IMG/VR virus record: IMGVR_UViG_3300031992_000033
Location: 32,001 to 96,000 of that record
DNA: 64,000 nucleotides
Origin: a virus
Taxonomy: Duplodnaviria > Caudoviricetes
Strand: one strand, 5' to 3'
Below are positions 46,947 to 56,354 of this stretch, one piece after another; position 1 is the first letter of the stretch, and each line of letters starts with the position of its first letter. The notes beneath the pieces are model-generated. The model made no database searches and was not told the DNA's origin. It worked only from the letters and a program-made list of their open reading frames with translations. The position numbers and the translations under genes are program-made.

Positions 46947-46975
46947 AGTATATCACACACACAACATAATGTAAA
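46947..46975 (-). promoter_or_regulatory. leftward sigma-A promoter, followed by boxA-like TGTTCCTTGAAAA (46926-46914)
   Basis: TTTACA-17-TATACT with extended TG. Confidence 0.75.
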
Positions 46976-47029
46976 GGGGGGTATATTTTCGCAAAACATT
47001 AACGAGTTTATGCGTATTTTCCTAAAGTT

Positions 47030-47575
47030 CTTTCACATACACACCACGCACGCTACGCTTGTGCTACACCCATGCCCCACGTACACCCCTCCTATTTTGC
47101 CCAAGAAGCCCCACTTCATACCCTAGGCGATAAAAATATCGTTCAGCATACTAAACCCACCTTCCTGACCGCCTAGCGAAGTCACAGGGGCACATGTGCC
47201 ACGGGGGGGGGTAACACACACCGTAAGGTAACACACAGGGGGGGGTGCATTAGGGGAGGGTGTACACACACTGTCGGGGCACACAAAAAAGCAGTGTATA
47301 AGACTAGGCACATATTTCTTGTCAGAGTTTTATACACTACTTATATTCTACCCAATAATATAATATATATAATATATAGTAGAGTATATAGTATATAGTG
47401 TATAGTATATAGTATAGTATATAGTACTAATAGTATATAGTATATACATAGTAATAGTAATATATAGTATAATAGTAATACATATACACATATATATATA
47501 CATGTATAATAATAATAATAATAATATATAGTAGTATTATAGTAATATATGCATGTATGCTAAAAAACTTATACT
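47030..47575. other. putative replication origin or terminus region: C-tracts, G-tracts with GGTAACACACA repeats, then about 230 bp of TATAG/TAGTA low-complexity DNA
   Basis: Non-coding, at the strand-divergence point, next to a wHTH gene. Confidence 0.5.
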
Positions 47576-47580
47576 ACTTC

Positions 47581-47609
47581 TTGACATCCAGCGAAAAGTG
47601 TGGTAATAT
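47581..47609 (+). promoter_or_regulatory. rightward sigma-A promoter
   Basis: TTGACA-17-TAATAT with extended TG. Confidence 0.75.
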
Positions 47610-47629
47610 ATGCTCAGGAGGTTTAATAT

Positions 47630-48193
47630 ATGAGTAAGATGATAATCGACAGGGAACTGTTGGAGTCGCCCCTGACTGGCATAGAGTTTGCGGCGTATTT
47701 GTCGGCGGCAGATCTGGGCACAGTGTGGCGCGACAATATAGTGTTGTGCGACATAAGCATCTATTATAATATGACGGGCAAGATGCCCAATCCCAAACAG
47801 AGAGTAGACTTAAATGAGGCACTGCTAGAACTCATCGGGGAAGGGTATCTGGTTGCGGAGGTAGTTACCCGTGGCGTATACTTAATAGATTGTAAGAAGT
47901 CTTTTCTGTACGACCTAGATCAACTACCTCGTGGCGGCACGACAATAATATTCGATAATGTGCGCAAGATAATAGCCAGCGACAAATACTGGCAAGGCAT
48001 GTTGCGCTACTATTTAATGCTGGTGTCGCACCAAAGGAATGGCAAGGCATGCGCATTTAGCCGCCAGTATTTCTCCCAGAAACTAGGCATATGCGAATTG
48101 ACGCTTTCAAAATACAATACGAAACTCAAAGAACTGGGGGTAATAGATGTGGTGCGGCGCAAGAACAGTACAAGTATTTACAAAATCACTTGA
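47630..48193 (+). CDS. winged-HTH DNA-binding protein, candidate replication initiator
   Basis: C-terminal SRQYFSQKLGICELTLSKYNTKLKELGVIDV..NSTSIYKI. Confidence 0.6.
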   Translation: MSKMIIDRELLESPLTGIEFAAYLSAADLGTVWRDNIVLCDISIYYNMTGKMPNPKQRVDLNEALLELIGEGYLVAEVVTRGVYLIDCKKSFLYDLDQLPRGGTTIIFDNVRKIIASDKYWQGMLRYYLMLVSHQRNGKACAFSRQYFSQKLGICELTLSKYNTKLKELGVIDVVRRKNSTSIYKIT

Positions 48194-48218
48194 CAAATGC
48201 GGCATTTTGTGATATTAT
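48190..48218 (+). promoter_or_regulatory. sigma-A promoter
   Basis: TTGACA-17-TATTAT with extended TG. Confidence 0.8.
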
Positions 48219-48266
48219 ACAATTGATGGCGGGCATGGTGCTCGCCTTATTTGAAAGGAGAGTGGC

Positions 48267-48902
48267 TTGAAAAAGCGCGGCATTTTTCTGGCGCAGATAC
48301 TGCCAACAGTATTGACGCTAATCATTTTCTTAAATCTTATTACAATATGTCATAACTGGCGAGTAGAGGAGCAGCAGTACGAAGCAACTATTGCGGAATA
48401 CGAAACCAAGTTGGCTGAGGCTGAGGCATCGCGGGATGAGGCATATTCGTTGCTCGAAGATACAAGAGAGCAGTTGGTGGACGCACACGTTCGCATTGAC
48501 GAGTTGGTGGCGTTAACCGAAATGCTCGAAGACGTACAGTCATATTTTGGAAACAATCCCATAAACCTAACAAAGGAAGAAGAGATGGAACTTAAACTGC
48601 TGGCTCAGGCAGAAGGCGAGTCCGAAGGCGTTATCGGAAAGGCACTTATTATGTGCACAGTATTTAATCGCATGGGCGAAGGAGACACAGTACATTCTAT
48701 TGTGTTTAGCGGTGCTTATAATGTGACGGCTGAGGGTGGCAGATATTACACAGTGACCCCAGACGAGGAATGTGAGATCGCGTTGCTTATGGTGGCGGCT
48801 GGCTGGGATGGCTCACAGGGTGCAAAGTATTTTTGTGCGGGCGGATATTCCGCCTACGGAGAGCCACTGTTTAGATACAAGGGGCACTGGTTTTCGAGAT
48901 GA
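48267..48902 (+). CDS. SleB/Hydrolase_2 cell-wall hydrolase with N-terminal TM segment and coiled coil
   Basis: LAQAEGESEGVIGKALIMCTVFNR..GAKYF..KGHWF. Confidence 0.8.
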   Translation: MKKRGIFLAQILPTVLTLIIFLNLITICHNWRVEEQQYEATIAEYETKLAEAEASRDEAYSLLEDTREQLVDAHVRIDELVALTEMLEDVQSYFGNNPINLTKEEEMELKLLAQAEGESEGVIGKALIMCTVFNRMGEGDTVHSIVFSGAYNVTAEGGRYYTVTPDEECEIALLMVAAGWDGSQGAKYFCAGGYSAYGEPLFRYKGHWFSR

Positions 48903-49079
48903 GAAAAATACTGGATACATTTTTTATGATAGCCTGTGCAATAACAATAATATGTATGTTTCTTACTATATTTGATCCTTACGGAGAATGGTTGATTCAT
49001 AAATTGTTATCACTTATAGGTATAAGTATATTAGTTCCAATTACAGCATTAAATCTTATTTACTGGAAGGGAATGCCAG

Positions 49080-50042
49080 ATGAGAACAATAACTAAAACA
49101 CATACGGGAATGATCGTTTCTGATGATGAATTAAAGTTGGAATATCTTTATGTCGGAGATTACGGCAAGGAAAATAATATAAAGGCAGACTTTCTCGGTT
49201 ATACAAAAAGAATCGAAAAGGTTGAGCATAAGGATGTAGATATAACGGATAAACTTGTTGTAACTGTATCTTCACAAAAAGGATGTCCAATGGCTTGTGA
49301 TTTTTGTGATTGCCCTAAGTATGGTTTTCACGGAAATTGTTCAGTCGTTGAACTTATCTCGGAGATTACAACTGGAATAGCATTGTCTGGAATTAAACAT
49401 GGGAAGAGACTCAATGTTCACTTTGCTCGTATGGGAGAACCTACATTTAACCGTGATGTAATCAAGGCTGCTGTGACCATAGCGACCATGATAGATTCTG
49501 GTAACACTGTAAGTTTCGATGAATATCATCCAGTAGTATCTACTATGATGCCCAAAGGTAATAATAATCTTGAGGACTTTTTACAGGAATGGGTTAAGTG
49601 TGGTAAAATATACGGGGGAGAGGACGGCTTTGGACTTCAGTTCTCTATCAATACCCTCAATGAAGCAGACAGAAATCAAATGTTTCGAAACAGATCTCTT
49701 TCCTTGAGTGAGATAAGCAATATTATCAAGAAACTTCCCGCTCCCGCAAAAAGAAAGTATACGCTTAATTTTGCGGTAACAAGTAAAAGCGACTTAAATC
49801 CTGTCCTTATGGATCAGTTATTTGATAAAGAAAAGTGTATTGTTAAGATTACACCTATTCATGAAACTCATGAAGCCTTGAATCAGGGATATGAAATTGT
49901 CAAAGACTTTGATGTTTACGAAAAGTTCGAAAGACCTCTTGTGGAGGCTGGATGGGAAGTTATCGTATTTGTACCATCCGAAGAGGAAGATAAGGATAGA
50001 ATTACTTGCGGGAATTCACTGATAGCAAAAGCCTCTAAGTAA
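49080..50042 (+). CDS. RlmN/Cfr-like radical SAM protein
   Basis: SSQKGCPMACDFC, RMGEP, QFSIN and C-terminal TCG. Confidence 0.8.
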   Translation: MRTITKTHTGMIVSDDELKLEYLYVGDYGKENNIKADFLGYTKRIEKVEHKDVDITDKLVVTVSSQKGCPMACDFCDCPKYGFHGNCSVVELISEITTGIALSGIKHGKRLNVHFARMGEPTFNRDVIKAAVTIATMIDSGNTVSFDEYHPVVSTMMPKGNNNLEDFLQEWVKCGKIYGGEDGFGLQFSINTLNEADRNQMFRNRSLSLSEISNIIKKLPAPAKRKYTLNFAVTSKSDLNPVLMDQLFDKEKCIVKITPIHETHEALNQGYEIVKDFDVYEKFERPLVEAGWEVIVFVPSEEEDKDRITCGNSLIAKASK

Positions 50043-50252
50043 GATATCACGTAGATTTAATTCACATTGGAAAGGTTTGAAATGAAGACTGAAGAAATTT
50101 TAAATAAAATAAGCATAGCACTATTGGCGGCGGGGATTGTAATGTTGTCCGTTCCAATAGATTGTCGAGTGCCATGTAGAGGTGTCCTTATTATACTTTG
50201 TGTGTTGGAGATTATCAATTTTATAAATAACTTAAAAGGAGAAAATTAAATA

Positions 50253-50504
50253 ATGCGTGAATGTTGTGTGTGTGGCAAAAAGGTGACAAGCGGAACTGGT
50301 TATGTGGTAATGGGTTATGCTTACCATAACGAGTGTTTTCCATTTAAGAGTTGCGACGAAAAAGATCGTTGCCATTATTGCCACAAAATTTTGCGCAAGG
50401 GCGATACCATAGTAACGCTGGGAGATTTGGGAGCGGGAGGCAGAAGTGATAGAGTATGTGTTAAATGCGCCAATAAGCATTTTGCTGAGAGCGGTACTAA
50501 CTAA
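50253..50504 (+). CDS. Cys/His-rich double zinc-finger protein
   Basis: CxxC..HxxC..CxxC..CxxC. Confidence 0.6.
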   Translation: MRECCVCGKKVTSGTGYVVMGYAYHNECFPFKSCDEKDRCHYCHKILRKGDTIVTLGDLGAGGRSDRVCVKCANKHFAESGTN

Positions 50505-50665
50505 ATACACGCATCCAAAAATGTTGTGCGACATGTGTTTGCGCGAAGGGAGATGTGTACCCGCTACGCATATATTCCCAATAAAGACAACTCGATATTA
50601 CTTTGTTTGCGACAAACATTATGCCTTTTTAAATTTTACAGGAGGGAGAACGGAGGAAAAATACT

Positions 50666-50962
50666 ATGAACGAAAAGATGGCTGAACTTGGGTTCTACAA
50701 AAACTCTTCAGGCGAGTACGTGCTGATCAAGTCAATGAGTACCGAACATATTGCGAACACAATATCTAAGATCAAACGAACGGGTGAGAAGACTGAATTC
50801 CTTCAGGCACTCGAAGAGGAATATGTACTCAGAAAGGGAAGTTCTGATTTTGATAAGATCATTGCTCGGCAGAACGAGTACATTGAAAAGTTGAGACAAG
50901 ATTATAATGATCTTATTTCAAATATGGCAAACATAATTAATGCAACAAAGAAAAATGTGTAA
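50666..50962 (+). CDS. hypothetical protein
   Basis: ORF with RBS; MSTEHIANTI motif. Confidence 0.6.
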   Translation: MNEKMAELGFYKNSSGEYVLIKSMSTEHIANTISKIKRTGEKTEFLQALEEEYVLRKGSSDFDKIIARQNEYIEKLRQDYNDLISNMANIINATKKNV

Positions 50963-50975
50963 TGGAGGAAAGAAA

Positions 50976-51341
50976 ATGGAAACAAAGACAAAGACATTTT
51001 ATGAACTTATGGAGGAACTTGGTTGCGACAAGTACTACGTGGTAGAGATCGACGGCACTGACGATGGGGCTGAATATACCATTGCCCCTGATGAAGTAAG
51101 CGACAGCCTTGGTAATTGTAATGTAATGGACTACACACACGTAAGCAAGTCGTTCGCCGTAGTATACGTTGACGTAACCGACGAGGATGAGGATGAGGTT
51201 GAAGATGATGACGATGCTTTTCTCGCTGAAAATGTTGCAAAGGTCATCGAGGAATACATAAGAAATAGTAATGGGGATGTTAAACTCGTTGTTGGTATCT
51301 TCCCCAGCGAAGGATTTTTTACCATTGCGAAGGTAAACTAA
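50976..51341 (+). CDS. acidic hypothetical protein
   Basis: GGAGG RBS before ATG 50976. Confidence 0.6.
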   Translation: METKTKTFYELMEELGCDKYYVVEIDGTDDGAEYTIAPDEVSDSLGNCNVMDYTHVSKSFAVVYVDVTDEDEDEVEDDDDAFLAENVAKVIEEYIRNSNGDVKLVVGIFPSEGFFTIAKVN

Positions 51342-51353
51342 AATTGAAGGGAA

Positions 51354-54227
51354 GTGATAACGCTGGGTAATTATGGCTACAAGATCAACAATTACGAAGC
51401 GGGTTCAATTTATGAGGTTGACTGCGGCGTAAGAAAGAAATATGATACCAAACCAGCGATGCTAACCAATTCGTTATTCTTAGACTTCTTAAAGGCAAAT
51501 GGTCTGACCACGAAGAACGATAAGTTTACGCGGGATATCATTTGCCTAAACTTTAATTACGGGAGTCGCACATACGATAACGAAATGGCGCGAATAGATG
51601 TAGCGCTGGCGGAAAGCCCCGACAATGAATACCTTAAAGCACTTAAGGCAGAGTGCGAGGCTAACAAGGACAAGTTTGATTGTAAGAGCGCGGATGAAAT
51701 CCGCCTCAAGTATTACCAAGATGGTGTTACGATCCATTATAAGAACGGAGATGTAAAATATAAATACTTGTACCGCACGGCTGGTAAAGCCAAGGTGGGG
51801 TCATGTATGTTTATCAAGCAAAGCCTGTATAAAAAGGCTCATAACTTTCTTTATATGGGACTTAGTCTTCCAAAACACGATGCCCCCATAACGGAGTTTG
51901 GTGCGTATACATCTCTTGTAACATCAACAATTATAGACAAGGTCGAGATAAATCCAGAAGACATAGTAATATTAAAAGACGTAAGGTCGGAATTCAAAAC
52001 CAATGTGGTGAGCGTCGAGGTAGAGAATGGTAAGTGCAAGGCGGTGTACCGCAGAGACTACACGTTGGGTTGCGATATGTTCGACGGACAGGCGCTGATC
52101 GACTTGTCAATATGTCCCGAATGGACAAATGGCTATGTGCTGTTGCGACATCATTTCACAAAAGCGGCGGCATTTGCCACAGATATACAAGGCTTTCTCA
52201 AAGACCATTTTGGTCAGGAATATGATACGGCTTATCTGACGGATATGTGGGGTAATAAACATTTAGCCAAGAACGTGAAGGTAATTACCACCAATAATGC
52301 CTGTAAGTGGATTAAGTACGACGTACCCTATGAGACATGGTGTGACAAGGTGCGGGAGAACGGATCAATGTTCGGCATTGTAAAGACGGCACACCCAAGC
52401 AAGTATGGAGACTACCAGAGAATGTCATACCAAATGGTGAACGCCCTAAGCAATGAAACCATAGATGAGGTTGCGTCGCCAACAAAGGATTATGTAAAGG
52501 CACTCAAGACCGATTTAAATACATATCTGGAATTTCTGAGAAGAAACGCCAACTTCTCAAACGACTATGAGGCACTGTTGGCAATATGGACTCAGGATCA
52601 TACGTTTGAACAAAGTGAGTACTTTCGTGAGAGAAAGCAAAAGATCATATACGACTACACTACAAGCGTAAAGACTGGCAAGTTGTTACAGAACGCGGAC
52701 AATCTTGTAATATGCGGAAGTCCATACGCAATGCTATTACATTCAGTCGGTATAGACGTAAGCAAAGATCCTACGTTTGAAGTAGAGGATGATGCAATAC
52801 AATGTTACTCGGAAAGATTTGAGGACGGGGAATACTTAGCAGAGTTTCGAAATCCGTTTAACTCTCAAAACAATTTGGGCTATTTGCATAATCATTTGCA
52901 TCCGCTGATTAAAAAGTATTTTAGATTAGGCAAGTTGTGTATAGCGGTTAATCTACAAGGAACAAGTTTCTGTGACAGAAACAATGGCTTAACAAACTGG
53001 GCTAGCGTACAGAAATGTGCGTGATAAACACTTGGTGAAAATTGGAAGGCTAAGTATATGATTAATTTCCAAGTCAATTTTGGAAAGGACACTTATTGTT
53101 AAAAGAAAATCTTGGAAAAATATTTAATCATATATACGCTAATCAATTACGAAGCCTGTATTGCCAATAATAACTACAGGAACGTTTAACGACTAGGTGG
53201 TGAGTAGGCAGCAATAATCCACCCACGAGCGCCGAGCACCTGAACAGATAATGCTGAAGGTGATGAGATAGTCTGACCTTATAGGAAACTATAAGAAATA
53301 TCAGATAAAGAACTGATATGATAACATAATGCAGATCAAGACAGCGACTCAATATACACGACTAACGCGCCAGCGATAGTCGAACATGCGAAGTATTGTT
53401 ATAAGGTTTATCCAACGATAGTAAATAATATACCGCAGAGTAAAAAGAAATATGATTCAGACATGGCATCCTTTGCGGCAATGGATAATGCACTAAGCGC
53501 TAGCCAGAGAAATATTGGTGAATCAAGTAATCTGGCTCAGGTGTGCTTAACATATACGTACAATTTTAAAGATCAGAAGTTTAAAGACTATGCCTGTATT
53601 TTGGCAGTGCTTGCTCAAGCAGCAATAGATAGTAGCAAACGTACGTTCTCTATAGACATAACAAATGAAATAAAGCGCATACGCGAAGATATGGGGATTA
53701 AGGACAATAAGTATCCACCATTTTGGCAACAGATCCGTAAGGGCTTTCCTGTAAACAGAGTTAATTTTAAACTTGACTCCCCCATGTGTAGACTTTACAA
53801 AATGGATTTTGAATCCTACAAACCAAAAACCGAGACATTGCCAACGTCAACATTCTTTGAGAAGTATCCGTTGGATATGACCAAGAAGATGTCGCGCAAT
53901 GTAGAAGACTTAATACAGAAGTATCAACTGGAATTGCTAGATAGCAGAATAGAAAAAGAAGATAGCGAGAATAATTCGGAGACATTTTTACTTTTAAGAG
54001 AAGACTTCGATCAACTCGTAAATGATATAAGGCGCATAGCCCTCCCCAGTAAATATGTTGGATTGTTTAGTTGGTTAATTGACAGGGCTTTTAGAATGAC
54101 GCCACAACTTGAACAGCAAACCGCTGGGTTAAAAAGCAAACTAAATAAGAATAGAGCAATCTTATTAAGGGTTTTATATGAGGTGAACCCCGAAGCATTA
54201 CTCAAATGCTTCTCCAAAAATCTGTAA
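51354..54227 (+). CDS. yonO: YonO-like single-subunit DNA-dependent RNA polymerase, spliced: join(51354..52989,53332..54227), 843 aa
   Basis: YRTAGKAKVG, FDGQALID, LLRHHFTK and FRNP motifs; splicing restores NNGSDQDSD (DxDxD); IGESSNLAQ and AIDSSKR in exon 2. Confidence 0.85.
52990..53331 (+). mobile_element. group I self-splicing intron (342 nt, no homing endonuclease)
   Basis: Exon ends in U and intron ends in G; P1 UGGCU/GGCUA with U.G; IGS CUG pairs exon-2 CAG (P10); P7 elements AACGACUA and GAUAGUC; P9 hairpin with GAAA loop; reading frame restored. Confidence 0.92.
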
Positions 54228-54373
54228 AAATAGTGTTTTTTCAGACCCCCCTCACTACATTTTGTAGTATAGAACCCGCATGAATACTGGAACTTGGTCA
54301 TTTCCGAAAAATGACTATATGAAGAGGGTGGCACTTGTGTCGCCCTCTAAAGAATAAAACGGAGGAAAATGAA

Positions 54374-55006
54374 ATGAAAATTAAAGATAAACTTGTTGAC
54401 CTATCTTCGCTGATTGATAGCGACGAGGTAGGAACTTGGGAAAAACAACAGGCTGGATTTTTGCAGAACAGGATTATTGTCTTCGATAACCTTGTAGACG
54501 AGGCGGCAATCAGAGACGTGTCCGCTTGGATCTTACAGTGGAATATGGAGGACACCTATCTTGCAAAGAAAGACAGAGCGCCAATAACTCTTATTATACA
54601 TAGTTGTGGCGGAGATATGTATGTTGCGGGAAACATAATGGATATAATCAAGGCATCTGAAACGCCAGTTAGGGCGATTGGACTTGGACTTATTGCATCG
54701 GCATCATACTTGATCTATCTGGCTGCACACGAGAGATATGCGTTTACTAACTCTATCTTTTTACAGCATGACGGAGGCATTGATCTGTCAAACTCAAATA
54801 ACAAGGCAAAGGATACTATGAAGTTCTTTGACTTAATGAATGACAGGATCAAGCAGTTTATACTTGACAATACCATTATGACCGAAGAACAGTACGATTC
54901 AAACATTGATCGCGAATGGTATATGTATGCGGATCAGGCAAAGGAACTTGGAATCGTCCACAAGATCATAGGTGAAGATATAACTTTAAAACAGATTTTC
55001 AAATAA
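54374..55006 (+). CDS. clpP: ClpP-family serine protease
   Basis: IHSCGGD, IASAS (Ser), LQHD (His), DREWYMYADQAKELGIV; RBS GGAGG. Confidence 0.88.
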   Translation: MKIKDKLVDLSSLIDSDEVGTWEKQQAGFLQNRIIVFDNLVDEAAIRDVSAWILQWNMEDTYLAKKDRAPITLIIHSCGGDMYVAGNIMDIIKASETPVRAIGLGLIASASYLIYLAAHERYAFTNSIFLQHDGGIDLSNSNNKAKDTMKFFDLMNDRIKQFILDNTIMTEEQYDSNIDREWYMYADQAKELGIVHKIIGEDITLKQIFK

Positions 55007-55018
55007 TTGGAGGAATTA

Positions 55019-56206
55019 ATGGAAATAATGGAGATGCTTCAGGAGTTTGATATTTCTGAAGAAGAATACGAGAAGTGTCTTTCCGATATTACAGATAAAC
55101 TCGATGGTGTTTCTGATCTCGAATGGGAAGATATTAAAACAAAATACAACTTGCCCTATAATACTGACGTACTTAGAAAAGCAAATGGCACAATTTTTGG
55201 TGGCTATTGGGTTAAGAAGTTTCTTTCCAGAAAGAATAAAAATCTTGACAACAATGCGATAATTGACATCCGAAAGGAGAAGCAGAAACTCTTTGACGAG
55301 AGGGCTGCCATCATGAAGATTAAGCGCGAAGAGGCAAGGTTTGAAGAAGATTTCTCAAAGATGTGTAATCTGATTGCTGAGACTGGCAAAGAAAAGTATA
55401 AGCCAGTGGCGGTTAAAAATATCGCTGGAGATACTGACCTTATTGTATGCTTATCGGATCTCCATATTGGACAGGACATTAATTCCTGTGGCGGTGTTTA
55501 TAATTCAGATATTGCCAAAAAAAGGCTCGATGATTACTTTGAAGAGATCGTTAGAATAGGCAGAAGAAATGCGTCTCAGGATGTATATGTGCTTTGTCTT
55601 GGAGATAGTCTTTCTGGCAACATACACGTTACTACTCAACTTGAGAATAGAGAAAATGTGGTTGAGCAAATTGTTAAGGCTTCAGAACTTGTGTCTGAAT
55701 TTATATTTAAACTTAGCGAAGAGTTTAATCATGTATATATTAATAGTGTAAGTGGTAATCATTCTCGCGTAGGACTTAAGGATAATGTTCTTAGAGGAGA
55801 AAGGCTTGACGACCTTATTCCTTGGTACGCTAAGGCAAAACTTGGTCATATCAAAAACATTACATTCATTGATAGTTCCGACAACTTTGATTCCACTATA
55901 GGCAAGATTATAGTACGTGGTAAGGAGTACTGGCTGGTACATGGCGACTATGATAGTTTTGATCAGAACGGCATATCAAAGTTGGTGCTCATGATTGGAC
56001 ATAAACCTTCTGGTATATTCTACGGACATTTACATTCAAATGCATATCAGAGTATTAATGATATCGAAATAATCCGTAGTGGTTCTTTATGCGGTACAGG
56101 AGATGATTATACGATGAGTAAGCGTATACAGGGATCTCCCTCTCAAATGGTTGTAGTCGTGGATGAGAGGGGCGTTGCGTCCTTCAATCCCGTTACTTTT
56201 AATTGA
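55019..56206 (+). CDS. metallophosphoesterase, YonJ-like
   Basis: SDLHIG, LGD, GNHSR, VHGD and GHLH motifs. Confidence 0.85.
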   Translation: MEIMEMLQEFDISEEEYEKCLSDITDKLDGVSDLEWEDIKTKYNLPYNTDVLRKANGTIFGGYWVKKFLSRKNKNLDNNAIIDIRKEKQKLFDERAAIMKIKREEARFEEDFSKMCNLIAETGKEKYKPVAVKNIAGDTDLIVCLSDLHIGQDINSCGGVYNSDIAKKRLDDYFEEIVRIGRRNASQDVYVLCLGDSLSGNIHVTTQLENRENVVEQIVKASELVSEFIFKLSEEFNHVYINSVSGNHSRVGLKDNVLRGERLDDLIPWYAKAKLGHIKNITFIDSSDNFDSTIGKIIVRGKEYWLVHGDYDSFDQNGISKLVLMIGHKPSGIFYGHLHSNAYQSINDIEIIRSGSLCGTGDDYTMSKRIQGSPSQMVVVVDERGVASFNPVTFN

Positions 56207-56268
56207 TCATTTTTCTTTCCGTTAGCGTTCCTTTCACTGCTGTCCTAGCGGTGGAGGGGGCGCAATCT

Positions 56269-56337
56269 GGGGCTGGCGGCAGAGGCGTTATTCTGATAAC
56301 GCGCCAATTTTTACAGGTTCAACTCCTGTTAGCCCTA
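56269..56337 (+). tRNA. atypical tRNA-like element (no D-stem, irregular anticodon loop)
   Basis: Acceptor GGGGCTG/TAGCCCT, T-arm ACAGG-TTCAACT-CCTGT, central GCGTT-ATTCTGAT-AACGC. Confidence 0.5.
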
Positions 56338-56354
56338 TTATTAATATTGCAGTT

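Noticed and set aside
47340-47575. CRISPR array
   Set aside because: This is a low-complexity microrepeat with no repeat-spacer periodicity and no cas operon.
53143-53352. 69-aa minus-strand ORF inside the intron as a homing endonuclease
   Set aside because: It is antisense, too short and has no HNH, GIY-YIG or LAGLIDADG motif.
51354-54227. RNA polymerase as a pseudogene or two-subunit enzyme
   Set aside because: Group I intron hallmarks and exact frame restoration explain the split.
56269-56337. tmRNA
   Set aside because: The ends resemble tmRNA, but there is no G3.U70 pair, no tag ORF and it is far too short.
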